From positions 5,056,001-5,120,000 of the forward strand of contig OZ241867.1 of the NCBI GenBank assembly GCA_965203175.1: DNA of 64,000 nt. Direction: 5' to 3'. Below the pieces are notes generated by a model. That model saw only the letters and a program-made list of their open reading frames with translations, was not told the DNA's origin and searched no databases. The stretch's first letter is position 1. Each line of letters opens with the position of its first letter. Both the position numbers and the translations under genes were made by a program. This DNA is from Candidatus Latescibacterota bacterium (GTDB taxonomy: Bacteria > Latescibacterota > UBA2968 > UBA8231). Below are positions 27,681 to 37,011 of this stretch, one piece after another.

Positions 27681-30065
27681 TTAGTAGGCTACTCCGACGA
27701 GCCGTGTAAACTCCCTCGTCGGCTCGTCGCTGTCGATGCTCAGGCGAAACAGGTACACCCCAGGAGGCACCATATTGCCCGCCCAATCGCGGCCGTCCCA
27801 CAAAAGGACGTACTCCCCGCTCGACCCGGACTGGTCGCGCAGCCGAGCGACCAGTCGCCCCCCCAGATCGTACACGACCGCCCGAAGTTGGCGGGACGCC
27901 TCCAAGCCGACCAGCGCAAAGTGCACGGTCAACTGTTCGTTGCGCCCATCTCCGTTCGGCGTGATCACCGACGGCCTGATCGTCGGGGTGCGGAGACCGC
28001 TGCTGCCGGCCGGTAGGAAAACTCGCAGGTCGTCGCCTAGCTCGTCCGGGCTCGCATCCCCCGGATCAATCTGTTGCCAAGAGCCCGGCTCAGCCGAGCG
28101 CCGTACAAAACCCTCAAAGAGCGTGGCATTGAGGAAGACTTGGGTGGCGAAATTCACCTCGATCAGTTGCGCGGCCTGTACCGCCGTCGGCAGGGTGAGG
28201 ACCAGTGAGTCCGCCGCGGCCCGCACGGCAACGGGCTCTATTTCCTCGCGGTTTAGTTTCAGGCCCCGAAAGACAGGCTGGGTCGGAACGCGAATCAAAA
28301 TCTGGTCGAAACCGCGAGACCCAGACCCGAAACTAGGGCGGATGAAGTAGGAGAATTCTTCCGGCTGGCCCGGTGTAGCTACCCGAGGGACGATTTCGGC
28401 GACGATCTGTTCGGCCGCCGGGTCCGTGAATTCAAGCGCCACACTGGACAGAGCCGGAGCCCGCTGCGGATCATCGCTGATCAACTCCACTTGTATCTGG
28501 GCATAGCTGCGGGGGCTGGGCGATTGAAAGCGCGCACCCGAATACTCGTAGGGCAAGCTCCACGGACTCCATCCCGCGCCTGGGATGAGTTCGACGGTGG
28601 GCTCTTTCTCGCGTTTGAAGGGCGGCAGCTTGTTCCAGGCCTTTTCAGTGTATTCATTGCCCTCCTTGTCGAAGTAGTGCAGTTTCTCGCCTAGCTCATT
28701 GCCCGTGCGCGTGCGCACCGCCAGTCTAGTAGCCGGCGGCGTCTCTCCGTTCCAGTGGATGGCCGTCAGGTTTTTGGCCCCGCCTAAGTCGATCAAGCCA
28801 GAGGTCAAGGTGACGCCCGGAATGAACCCCTCCCCAAAAGCCTGGATCTCCCGCACGGTTGAGACGCCCGTGCGCCGCTGATTGCGATTCGACCAGAACA
28901 GGTAGCGCACCTTGCGCGGGGGCAGGTGCTCTTCAAAGATGAAGCGCTCAGGAGCGGGATTGGCTTCAAGTTCGGCAAGCTCTTCCCAGACTAGGTCGTC
29001 GAAATCGATGAACTCGCCTGCGCCCGCGCCACTGCTGCGCATCCCGTCCGAGGCAAAGAGTTTGTACCCGAAGACCGGAACGTTGCGCTTGCCAGTGAAC
29101 TCAAAGGACGTGATGATGCGCACATGGTCTACCCAGAATAGCGTTCCCAAGTCTATGTTGACCCACCCCCACCGCTTGGGGTCGCCGAAGAAATAGCCTA
29201 GGGAATTCCAGCCCGTATTGTAATTCCCGTCTATGATATCCGAAGCAAAGGTCGGTGGCTCGCTTTCGTCGCCTCCGGCCGGTGCGATGAGCGCGCCGCC
29301 CCCCCGTTGCTCGCTGCCCAAGACGATATTGTCGCCCAAGGCACTGACCTCGATTTCGGCCAAGCGCGGATTTTCGGCTGTGCGCAGGGCACGAAACAGC
29401 ACAAAGCGCACGAACTGCCTAAAGGTCAGCTCGCCTCGGCCGCTCAATTTCACGTCCTGCGGCAGGAGCGGATAGGTGAGTTCGTACTCGGTATTGGGAC
29501 GGGTCGTCTCGGCCAACAAACTGTATTTCTTGAGTCCAGAGCCAAAATAGACGGCTTCCTCGCCCGTAGAGACAAATACCTGGAACATGCTGAAAGGATT
29601 GCCCGAGTGGGCGAATTTTACCGCGATCTCCGTGGCGGAGACGGCCCGGCCTAGATCCACTTCTACCCACCAATCCTCAAGGGGGGCACCAGCGGCAGGG
29701 GTCCAAAACGTCTCCTCGTCGCCGTCGAGAATGCGGCCGGCCATTCTAAGGTTCGTGCCCGCCCCGCGTATGCCGCCCAAGCGCTCTTCTCCGTCCCCAA
29801 AGTCGCCCAGCACGGAGAACTGGTCGACATTGAGCGCGGCATTAATCGATTTGCGGATGAAGACCGGGCTAACTCGGCCGTCCGGCGCAATCGCAATAGT
29901 CCCCTCGGGAGCGCTCCACGCGCGCCACTGCGACGAGCGACTGAAGCGAATTTCACCAGCCAGCGCATCCCAAGGCCAGAGGAGGAAAAGGCCAGCGCAA
30001 ACGACGAGCATCTTCCCTGTGGGGTACGAAATAGTTGAAGTTGCTTTTCTCCTAGTGTGCCCCAC
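27681..30065 (-). CDS. Secreted protein with two discoidin-like regions and C-terminal FlgD-Ig / T9SS type-B-like domain
   Basis: ILDGD..TFW...VEVDLG and IIDGN..TGW...IDLG, then ITPNGDGRNE...WDGRDWAGNMVPPGVYLFRL...VGVAY*. Paralog of 23231..25069. Confidence 0.7.
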   Translation of the reverse strand: MGHTRRKATSTISYPTGKMLVVCAGLFLLWPWDALAGEIRFSRSSQWRAWSAPEGTIAIAPDGRVSPVFIRKSINAALNVDQFSVLGDFGDGEERLGGIRGAGTNLRMAGRILDGDEETFWTPAAGAPLEDWWVEVDLGRAVSATEIAVKFAHSGNPFSMFQVFVSTGEEAVYFGSGLKKYSLLAETTRPNTEYELTYPLLPQDVKLSGRGELTFRQFVRFVLFRALRTAENPRLAEIEVSALGDNIVLGSEQRGGGALIAPAGGDESEPPTFASDIIDGNYNTGWNSLGYFFGDPKRWGWVNIDLGTLFWVDHVRIITSFEFTGKRNVPVFGYKLFASDGMRSSGAGAGEFIDFDDLVWEELAELEANPAPERFIFEEHLPPRKVRYLFWSNRNQRRTGVSTVREIQAFGEGFIPGVTLTSGLIDLGGAKNLTAIHWNGETPPATRLAVRTRTGNELGEKLHYFDKEGNEYTEKAWNKLPPFKREKEPTVELIPGAGWSPWSLPYEYSGARFQSPSPRSYAQIQVELISDDPQRAPALSSVALEFTDPAAEQIVAEIVPRVATPGQPEEFSYFIRPSFGSGSRGFDQILIRVPTQPVFRGLKLNREEIEPVAVRAAADSLVLTLPTAVQAAQLIEVNFATQVFLNATLFEGFVRRSAEPGSWQQIDPGDASPDELGDDLRVFLPAGSSGLRTPTIRPSVITPNGDGRNEQLTVHFALVGLEASRQLRAVVYDLGGRLVARLRDQSGSSGEYVLLWDGRDWAGNMVPPGVYLFRLSIDSDEPTREFTRLVGVAY

Positions 30066-30077
30066 TTTCTCGTCCTC

Positions 30078-31850
30078 TCAGTAGACCAAGGCCACAAGCT
30101 CGGCCCTTTCGTTGGCCCCCGTGGCCGAATCTACGCTTATGCGACACACGTACAACCCCGGTGCGGCTAAGGAGCCCTCGCTCGCTCTGCCGTCCCACTC
30201 CACCGCGTGAAAACCGCTACTCTGCATGCCATTGAAAAGCGCCCGGACTCGCCTCCCCGCAAGGTCGTATATAGCCGCCTCGACGGATACGGGCTGGACG
30301 AGTTTGAATATGCTGTACTGAATGCGCATTCGGTCGTTGAGCGAGTCGCCGTTGGGCGTAAAGGGGTTGGGTGCAATGGCCAAGTCGCCCAAAATGGTAC
30401 CGTCCAATTCCAACTCGACCGAAAAGTGATTGGTATTGAGATCGATACTGGCATCGCCGGGCAGGACATCTTGAGCTAGTTCACCAGACTGGCTGGCGAA
30501 CACGCGGGAGGAAAAAAGGGTGCCGAATTCGATCACCTTGGCAGCGAATTTCAGTTCCACCAGTACCCCGTCTTTTACGACGGGATGATTCGGAAAGCGC
30601 ACCGTCAGGAGAGAATCCGTCGCTTCCCAGGTAAAATCTTCGATCGGGGTACCACCTACAGTTAGTTCGCTCAGGCGGGCCCGGGTCGGCGTAGAAAGTT
30701 CCACCGCATCAAAGCCCGCATCGTCATCGAGGATGCGCGGCCGCATATGGTAGGTAAAGGGCGTGGTCTCCCCGGCGATGACGAATTTCGGCTCGATTTC
30801 GGCCACTACTTCGTGGGCCGGTGGCGGAGAGGAAATTTCAAAGGCGAGCGAATCCATCTGAGCCGCCGCGGCAAAGCGGTCGCTGACCAGTTCAACGGCA
30901 AACTGGAAATAGCGCCGGGGCGCCGGCGAGCGGATGCGCGAGCCACTCGTGGCGTGCGGTGGCGACCAAAGGCTCCAGTTTGCCAGATCGGGCCGTTTTA
31001 CCTGCTGGTTTTCCCTCAGGTTGTCGTACTGGTCTTTGCTTACTTCTTCGAGTGTAGCCCCTCGGCGCCGGTAGTAGAGGTAAGGATCGGGGGTCGAGCC
31101 ACTGCGGGTAGTCACCTCGACTGCGCCGCCCGCATCGGTCTGAGCGGCCCAAGTCAGCGCTCCCAGAGTGGCCAAGCCGCCTAAATCGATGACGTTGGAC
31201 GTGTACACCGCCTGCGGTGCAAAGCCCTGGCCATAGACTTCCAATTCGGCGATCTCCCAGGGCAGCGGACTGGTGAATATCAGCATGATCCACCGGACAT
31301 AGCGAGGTGCGATATCGACTGTGACCACCTCGCGTTCGTTGCGGGTCGTTCGGGCCGCCAAATCCCAGACTGGATCTCCCCGCAGCGGGTCGCTTTCGTC
31401 GCTGACGTACAGTTCGTATCCCCGCAAAAATCGGTCTCCCTGCTCAATGCGGGGATAGAACGAAACCTGATAGACTCCACTGAAAACCCGGCCCAGATCC
31501 AGAATGATCCGTCCCCCTATCTGTCTAGAGTGCTCAATGGGAAAAATCGTGGCGATTTTCCCGTCGATCAGCGCCCCCAAGCCGGTCTGGGGATCGGCCA
31601 GACCCCGGACCGAAGGCTGCGGGCTGTCGATATTGCCGCCTTCGGCCAAGGCCCGCAAACTGAGATTTTCGTCGGGCGATATGCGCTCGGGCTGTAGCCA
31701 ACCCGGACGACTCGCCAAGTCAACAGCTCGCACAGTCCCCCACTCTTGCCACGGACGCTCACTACCGCCAAAAACCAGTACTTCCCGGGCACTCGCGGGT
31801 TCGCCGATCAAGAGGGTAATCAGCAAGAGAGGCTTAAATAGAATGGTCAT
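30078..31850 (-). CDS. Secreted protein with discoidin-like region and C-terminal FlgD-Ig / T9SS type-B-like domain
   Basis: Start MTILFKPLL gives a signal peptide. PNPFTPNGDSLND...WDGR...PGLYVCRI...VALVY*. Third paralog. Confidence 0.7.
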   Translation of the reverse strand: MTILFKPLLLITLLIGEPASAREVLVFGGSERPWQEWGTVRAVDLASRPGWLQPERISPDENLSLRALAEGGNIDSPQPSVRGLADPQTGLGALIDGKIATIFPIEHSRQIGGRIILDLGRVFSGVYQVSFYPRIEQGDRFLRGYELYVSDESDPLRGDPVWDLAARTTRNEREVVTVDIAPRYVRWIMLIFTSPLPWEIAELEVYGQGFAPQAVYTSNVIDLGGLATLGALTWAAQTDAGGAVEVTTRSGSTPDPYLYYRRRGATLEEVSKDQYDNLRENQQVKRPDLANWSLWSPPHATSGSRIRSPAPRRYFQFAVELVSDRFAAAAQMDSLAFEISSPPPAHEVVAEIEPKFVIAGETTPFTYHMRPRILDDDAGFDAVELSTPTRARLSELTVGGTPIEDFTWEATDSLLTVRFPNHPVVKDGVLVELKFAAKVIEFGTLFSSRVFASQSGELAQDVLPGDASIDLNTNHFSVELELDGTILGDLAIAPNPFTPNGDSLNDRMRIQYSIFKLVQPVSVEAAIYDLAGRRVRALFNGMQSSGFHAVEWDGRASEGSLAAPGLYVCRISVDSATGANERAELVALVY

Positions 31851-31864
31851 GTGCCTATCGTAAC

Positions 31865-32266
31865 TCACTGTGCGGCAACCCGTATAATGAACCCACCTTC
31901 GACTCCTTCGGGTGCGATGCCAATGCGAATGATCTGGCCGGGGGCCACAAGGGCTGTCTGCGGGGGGAAGGACGACTCGCCTTGCGCGTTCAGGGGCGAA
32001 CCAGGCCAGGCTATTTCCACTTCGAATGGTGCCGAGGCATCTCGGAGCAGGCATTCGATCACCGCCGTGCTGTTGGCCTCGATCCGGGCGCTCTGCTGAC
32101 AGGCGGCAATAGAGATCTCCATCTCGTCGATAAATGAATTGACGACCCGGAGTTCAACCGCTCCTTCTCCAGCGCGGGTCGTCTCGGTAGAGAGCGGAAT
32201 CTCCTCTTCGCAGCCGCCCAGCATAGCCGCTGACGCCAAGACGAGAAAAACGCGCAGCATTCTCAC
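31865..32266 (-). CDS. Small lipoprotein
   Basis: Lipobox LGGC. VNSF..E.E.SIAAC...ECL is shared with the next gene. Confidence 0.65.
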   Translation of the reverse strand: MRMLRVFLVLASAAMLGGCEEEIPLSTETTRAGEGAVELRVVNSFIDEMEISIAACQQSARIEANSTAVIECLLRDASAPFEVEIAWPGSPLNAQGESSFPPQTALVAPGQIIRIGIAPEGVEGGFIIRVAAQ

Positions 32267-32277
32267 GGCGGCTCTGC

Positions 32278-32694
32278 TCAGTTCTGGCGGCGGCCGTCGA
32301 TCAGGATAATGAAGCCGCTACCCGTCCCTCCTGGAACGTTCCTGATTTCGACGACCTGCCCGTACGACACAGTGACGGTTTTTGGCGGAGGTGGAGCATA
32401 CCCTTGCCCAACGGGTGGATTCAGCCACACGACGACGACGTCGAAGGCGTTGATATCCTCCTCGATCAGGCACTCGACCGATTGAACTTGGTCGGACAAG
32501 AGGCGGAATTTCTGGAAGCAGGCGGCGATACTCACCTCTACCTCGCCGCGGAAGGAATTGACGAACTTGATGAAGCGGCTGGGCTCACCTTCCTCGATGT
32601 CCTTTGGCAGAGTCGCCAGATCGATCTCTTTTTCGCAGCCGCTCGACAGAAAGATGCCCGTGCCGAGCAGGAGCAAATGCACGCATCTCAGCAT
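32278..32694 (-). CDS. Small lipoprotein (paralog of 31865..32266)
   Basis: Lipobox LSSGC. Shared SIAAC/ECL/PPxT/GQ/GFII pattern. Confidence 0.65.
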   Translation of the reverse strand: MLRCVHLLLLGTGIFLSSGCEKEIDLATLPKDIEEGEPSRFIKFVNSFRGEVEVSIAACFQKFRLLSDQVQSVECLIEEDINAFDVVVVWLNPPVGQGYAPPPPKTVTVSYGQVVEIRNVPGGTGSGFIILIDGRRQN

Positions 32695-32715
32695 AGATCA
32701 CTCTTTCATACAATA

Positions 32716-32749
32716 CAGCGGTTCAGCCGGTATTCCGGCCGAACCGCTG
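32716..32749 (-). terminator. Strong intra-operon hairpin downstream of the first gene
   Basis: CAGCGGTTCAGCCGG-TATT-CCGGCCGAACCGCTG, a 15-bp stem (one position is a G-U pair on the minus-strand RNA). No clear U-tract. Confidence 0.55.
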
Positions 32750-32813
32750 GTACTAGAGCCCCGAGACACTCCCCCGCGCTGGGTGGAATCCCGGGATAGG
32801 TACAGATGAGCCG

Positions 32814-33725
32814 TTAGTCTGCGAAACTGGACTTTATGCGGGCCCAGGAAATCGACTCGACCGCGGTGGGGGCAGCGGCCTCGACATCGGGGTCAACGAT
32901 GAGGGTGAAGCTGTTCATGGAATCCCCGTTGCCTGTCGCTCCGCTCTCGTTCGAAGTGGCCCAAGCCCCGTCCCAACTGTCGCCGCCATCCCAGTCGTCG
33001 CCCTGGAACATGAGATGGGTTTTTGTGTTCTCGGTCAGATCCATGACCGTGCTGGTCTCGGCTCCGCCTTCGCCGGTCGATACGGCCGCGTCGAAGAATG
33101 AGAACAAGGTCATGCGCCATTCGTAGTTAATGGTCACATTTTCATCGCCGTGGCTCCACGGCTTGCCACTGGCCGGGCCAGTGGCGAAGACGAGGTGGGG
33201 CGGCTGATTGGCCCAGAACTGGGAGTAGCTGTCGCTGAAGCCCTGCAGGGCGAACACATCGGCATCGCCGGCCGCCTGAAACGTCCACTCTTGGCCGTTG
33301 CTGTACACCCCGTCTGGATCAATACCACCACCACTGTGATCGGGATCCAGCGCGAAGGTCCAGCCGTCGTCGCCGACCGTGCGGCTGCCGCGCAGCAAGT
33401 CGCGATCGTAGAAGTCGTCGAACGTGTTGATCGCGACCCAGAGCTGATTGCCCTCATCGACACCCGTCCACGCCACGCAGATGGTGACGTCGAAATCATT
33501 CAGGTCGAGCCCGTCCGGGCCGGCGCGGCTGAGCAACGCGTCCCGTTGAATGATGGCGTAGCTAGGGAACCAACTCCAGTCGGTGAGTTCCCCATCAATC
33601 TCCATTTGTTGGGCAACTCCGGCTGGAATGTGGATGGCGAAGTAATCCGGCGCATCGGCCGTGGCTGGCGCTGCCCCTAACAGGGCCGCCAAGCTCAGCA
33701 CTAGGATAAAAGAAAATAATCTCAT
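32814..33725 (-). CDS. Secreted acidic protein with CBM9/DOMON-like signature and TAVESISWARIK tail
   Basis: AGGAGG RBS before MRLFSFIL, signal peptide, and IDGELTDW...VAW...LWVAI..FDD pattern. First gene of the minus-strand operon. Confidence 0.6.
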   Translation of the reverse strand: MRLFSFILVLSLAALLGAAPATADAPDYFAIHIPAGVAQQMEIDGELTDWSWFPSYAIIQRDALLSRAGPDGLDLNDFDVTICVAWTGVDEGNQLWVAINTFDDFYDRDLLRGSRTVGDDGWTFALDPDHSGGGIDPDGVYSNGQEWTFQAAGDADVFALQGFSDSYSQFWANQPPHLVFATGPASGKPWSHGDENVTINYEWRMTLFSFFDAAVSTGEGGAETSTVMDLTENTKTHLMFQGDDWDGGDSWDGAWATSNESGATGNGDSMNSFTLIVDPDVEAAAPTAVESISWARIKSSFAD

Positions 33726-34054
33726 CTCGCTTCGACCTCCTTTGAGGAAGTGGGTATAGTCCATCCGCTACACGAGTGCGGATGGATCAGATGACTTTCC
33801 CTAAAGGGCCTGGAGTATAGCCCCAAGGGAAGCGGCTTAGGAAATCGACCTAGAGAAATATATGTTGATTATTTTCTGATACTTAAGTCATATTACGACG
33901 ATCATTACGAAGGCCGTACGTCCAGCTACTGCGAAATTTCTGTCCAATATATTTACTTTCAGCCTAGGATTCAACCAATATCTTGATGCACCTATTGGCC
34001 CATCCTACTTTTCTTGCGACATCTGTCTACCCACTCTGAATCGAGGAAGCGAAA

Positions 34055-35479
34055 ATGGGACTGGCTGTTGCGCCGGAGCACTGGATCTCGCCCCGGGCGC
34101 GGCTCGTACTGATGGTGGTTCTGCTGACGGCCTGCGCTCAAGACCACAAGGGAACGGCCGTGGCCACAGTTGGGACCGGGGAAATCACCGCCGAGGAACT
34201 TCGCCACTTTGTGCGCCGTCTCGCGCCGAGTCTGGTCAGTGAGGAAGCAGGACAGCGGGCCCGGGAGGACTACCTACAGACTTTGGTCGATCGGGAAATC
34301 GCGCTTCTCGAAGCCTATGAAAAAGGCTTGGACCAAGACCCCGATTTGCTCAAAGCACTCGACGAAAAAAAGAGAGAACACCTCCTCTCCCTCTATCGCG
34401 ACAAGGAGATCCTGCCCCAGATACAAGTGTCCGAGGAGGAGATCCGCCAGTTCTTCGACCGGCAGGATATGGCGCGGGAGCGCCGGACCACTGCCATTTT
34501 GGTGCGGACTCGGGAGCAAGCGCAGCAGATCCGAGCCCAACTCGAAACCGGGAGCGATTTCGGCGAGTTGGCCAGCAAGCATTCGCTCGACACTTGGTCG
34601 GCCCTGCGGGAAGGCGAGTTGGGATTTGTCACCCGGGCTGCTGCCGAACGGCTCTTGGGGATCCCCGTGGAGGTATTCGACACGCTTGGCACCGGCCAAG
34701 TATCGCCCCCTCTGCGCCGGGGCCGCAACTATCACCTGATCCGCTTTTTAGAAGACCGGCCCACAGATCTGCAAACTCACCGGGAGGCCATAAGGACGCA
34801 GTTGCAGGAAGAGAAGCAACGGGCCCTCGAAGAGGAAAAAGCAGACACTTTGGCACGCGAATTTAACTGGCAACGGGTCTTTGCGGGGACGACTCTGCTG
34901 AAGGATAAAGGCGCGGCCTTGGGAGAGAGCGGCAAGCTGCAGCTCACCGACGAAGAAAAGCGCGTACCACTCTTCACTTATGAGGGCGGGGCCATTTCTT
35001 TGGCAGACTATATGGCGGTGTTGCGCCAGCACAGGATCAGAGCGCCTCGGGCCTTGCTGGACAGCGTCTTTATCGGTTTGCTCGGACGCCGCTTTTTGCA
35101 GAAGCCCGCGCTCTTTGTAGCAGCCGCCGAGCGCCTCGGCCTCTCGGAAGATCCCAAGGTGGGAAAGTGGGTCGAGAAAACCAGACGGGAGTTGTTGGTC
35201 TGGGGTATAAGACAGCGGGAAGTCATTGACCAAATCGCCATTGACGAGGCAGATGTCAGACAATTCTACGAGGAAAACGGAGAAATGTTCCGGCGAGAAT
35301 CCTTTGAACAGGCCCGCAGAAGGGCGGAGGTCGCCCTGAGGAAGGCGCTGGAAAAAGAGCGTTTTGACGCGTGGATCGCCGATCTGCGCCAGCGCTATGG
35401 AGACCGCGTCAAAGTCTTCCCCGACCGCTTGGCGCAAGCCCTGCCGGAAACGCTGCTGGACAGCATCGCCAGAAATTAA
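34055..35479 (+). CDS. PpiC-type peptidyl-prolyl isomerase / SurA-PrsA-like lipoprotein chaperone
   Basis: Lipobox LLTAC, VATVG..EIT..EL, ILV...G.DFGELA.KHS.D...GELGF and GQVS.P...YHLI. Confidence 0.75.
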   Translation: MGLAVAPEHWISPRARLVLMVVLLTACAQDHKGTAVATVGTGEITAEELRHFVRRLAPSLVSEEAGQRAREDYLQTLVDREIALLEAYEKGLDQDPDLLKALDEKKREHLLSLYRDKEILPQIQVSEEEIRQFFDRQDMARERRTTAILVRTREQAQQIRAQLETGSDFGELASKHSLDTWSALREGELGFVTRAAAERLLGIPVEVFDTLGTGQVSPPLRRGRNYHLIRFLEDRPTDLQTHREAIRTQLQEEKQRALEEEKADTLAREFNWQRVFAGTTLLKDKGAALGESGKLQLTDEEKRVPLFTYEGGAISLADYMAVLRQHRIRAPRALLDSVFIGLLGRRFLQKPALFVAAAERLGLSEDPKVGKWVEKTRRELLVWGIRQREVIDQIAIDEADVRQFYEENGEMFRRESFEQARRRAEVALRKALEKERFDAWIADLRQRYGDRVKVFPDRLAQALPETLLDSIARN

Positions 35480-35508
35480 TACCATCTGCAAACCAAAAGG
35501 AGGTTCTC

Positions 35509-36102
35509 ATGCAACTCGAACTACCCACACGCTGGCAACGCGACTACGACGTGTACGACCGCCTCGAAGAACTCGGCATCGACTTGGGCCGCAGAGAAGA
35601 TGCCGTCGCTCCCGAGACCAACCGCATTCCCAGACTCATCTTCACCCCTTCCGGCTTGCTCTTTTTCTCTGGATCGGGCGCGGGCGAGGGTCCGGTCACC
35701 AACGACGAGTCCTCGGTAGAGAAAGGGCACAGCGCCGGCCGGGACGTGGGCCACAAGCACATCTGCGTGCTGCACTGGGGTCTGCACCCCTTTGGCACAC
35801 TAAACGACGTCTGGTATTGCGTCAAGTGCATCGGCATGGTGCATTCGGCCCACCGCGAAGAGTCCTTTACCAACGCTCCTCGCGTGGTGGACGGATACAC
35901 GGAAGTCTGGCACGATGTATTCGGCGGCCCCCTGTCACGTCGCGCCAAGGAGGGCCAGCCCGACGGCCGCTCCGGCTGGCACGGCCGCAGTGCTTTGGGC
36001 GGATTTGAAATCAGCAACTTGGCCATTGAACCGGAGATGATTGTACAGGTCGATCCCGATCTGGCGATCCGCGTCATCCGGGAGCGCGGGCCCCACATTT
36101 GA
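35509..36102 (+). CDS. Rid/YjgF-family-like protein (divergent)
   Basis: AGGAGG RBS before ATG 35509. VK..GMV.S...F...PRVVDG..E....VFG...HGRSALG...AIE.E.IV.V matches the Rid subfamily pattern. Confidence 0.6.
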   Translation: MQLELPTRWQRDYDVYDRLEELGIDLGRREDAVAPETNRIPRLIFTPSGLLFFSGSGAGEGPVTNDESSVEKGHSAGRDVGHKHICVLHWGLHPFGTLNDVWYCVKCIGMVHSAHREESFTNAPRVVDGYTEVWHDVFGGPLSRRAKEGQPDGRSGWHGRSALGGFEISNLAIEPEMIVQVDPDLAIRVIRERGPHI

Positions 36103-36121
36103 CCTGTGGCTCTACGAGCTG

Positions 36122-36850
36122 CTAGTACCGCTCCCCCACGTCGAGTAGGGTTTTCCCTTCCATCATCGCCTCGAGGTATTCCACTACTCGATTGACCGCT
36201 TCTTCGGACAAAATCCTTCCCTTTTCTGCATCGGCCTCTAAGGGCGTCTTGTCCTCCTGGTCCTGCATGGCGTCGTGACGGATTTTCTCCGGGAACATGT
36301 GCATGGCCAGTGAGGTCTCGAATTCCTGGGCGTGTCCCGGGGCGCTCTTGGTGACCATGTGCTCGTCGACGAGCGCCCTAGGAATTAAGTTCCAATAGGG
36401 GTGGAAGTGCAGATTGACCCCCGGAGCTGTGGACTCGAAAAAGAGTCTCCACTGCCGGATTATGCTATTCACGGGTTGCACGTTGCCGCCGTGACCGTTG
36501 AGGATTAGGATGTTCTCAATGCCGTGGCGGGCAAAACATTCCACCGCGTCGAAGAGTACGGCCAGCCACGAACCCGGCTTGGCCGTAAGACTGCCCTTGT
36601 GCTTCATGTGGTGCTCGGAAATGCCTACGGCCATGGGCACGGCCACGATCACCTTTGGATACATGCGCAGGGCCACCTGTTGCGCCACCCAGGTTGACGA
36701 GGCGATATCGTGCTCAAAGGGCAGGTGTTCGAGGTGCTGCTCAATGCTGCCGGTGGGGATGATCGCGGCCTGGAATTTCCCGGCCTCAAGCCCTTGGCGA
36801 AATTCGCGCCGGGTGTAATTCTGCAGCATGACTTCCCTGTTATCAGTCAC
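36122..36850 (-). CDS. Creatininase/creatinine amidohydrolase family protein
   Basis: IPTGSIEQH..HLP...D, G.SEHH, LNGHGGN and GHA.EFETS. GTG start after AGGAGG. Confidence 0.85.
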   Translation of the reverse strand: MTDNREVMLQNYTRREFRQGLEAGKFQAAIIPTGSIEQHLEHLPFEHDIASSTWVAQQVALRMYPKVIVAVPMAVGISEHHMKHKGSLTAKPGSWLAVLFDAVECFARHGIENILILNGHGGNVQPVNSIIRQWRLFFESTAPGVNLHFHPYWNLIPRALVDEHMVTKSAPGHAQEFETSLAMHMFPEKIRHDAMQDQEDKTPLEADAEKGRILSEEAVNRVVEYLEAMMEGKTLLDVGERY

Positions 36851-37011
36851 AGTGGACCTCCTTTTAGTGTGTGATCCATGCCCGAGGAGCATGGATCGAG
36901 TCCCGAAAATTTCATCTTCGATTCACCTAGAGCACCCATTTGGACACTCGGAAGCGAGATACGAAATTTGGCTCCTGTCCACAAGCCGCATCTCCAAGAG
37001 AGGAGATTTTC

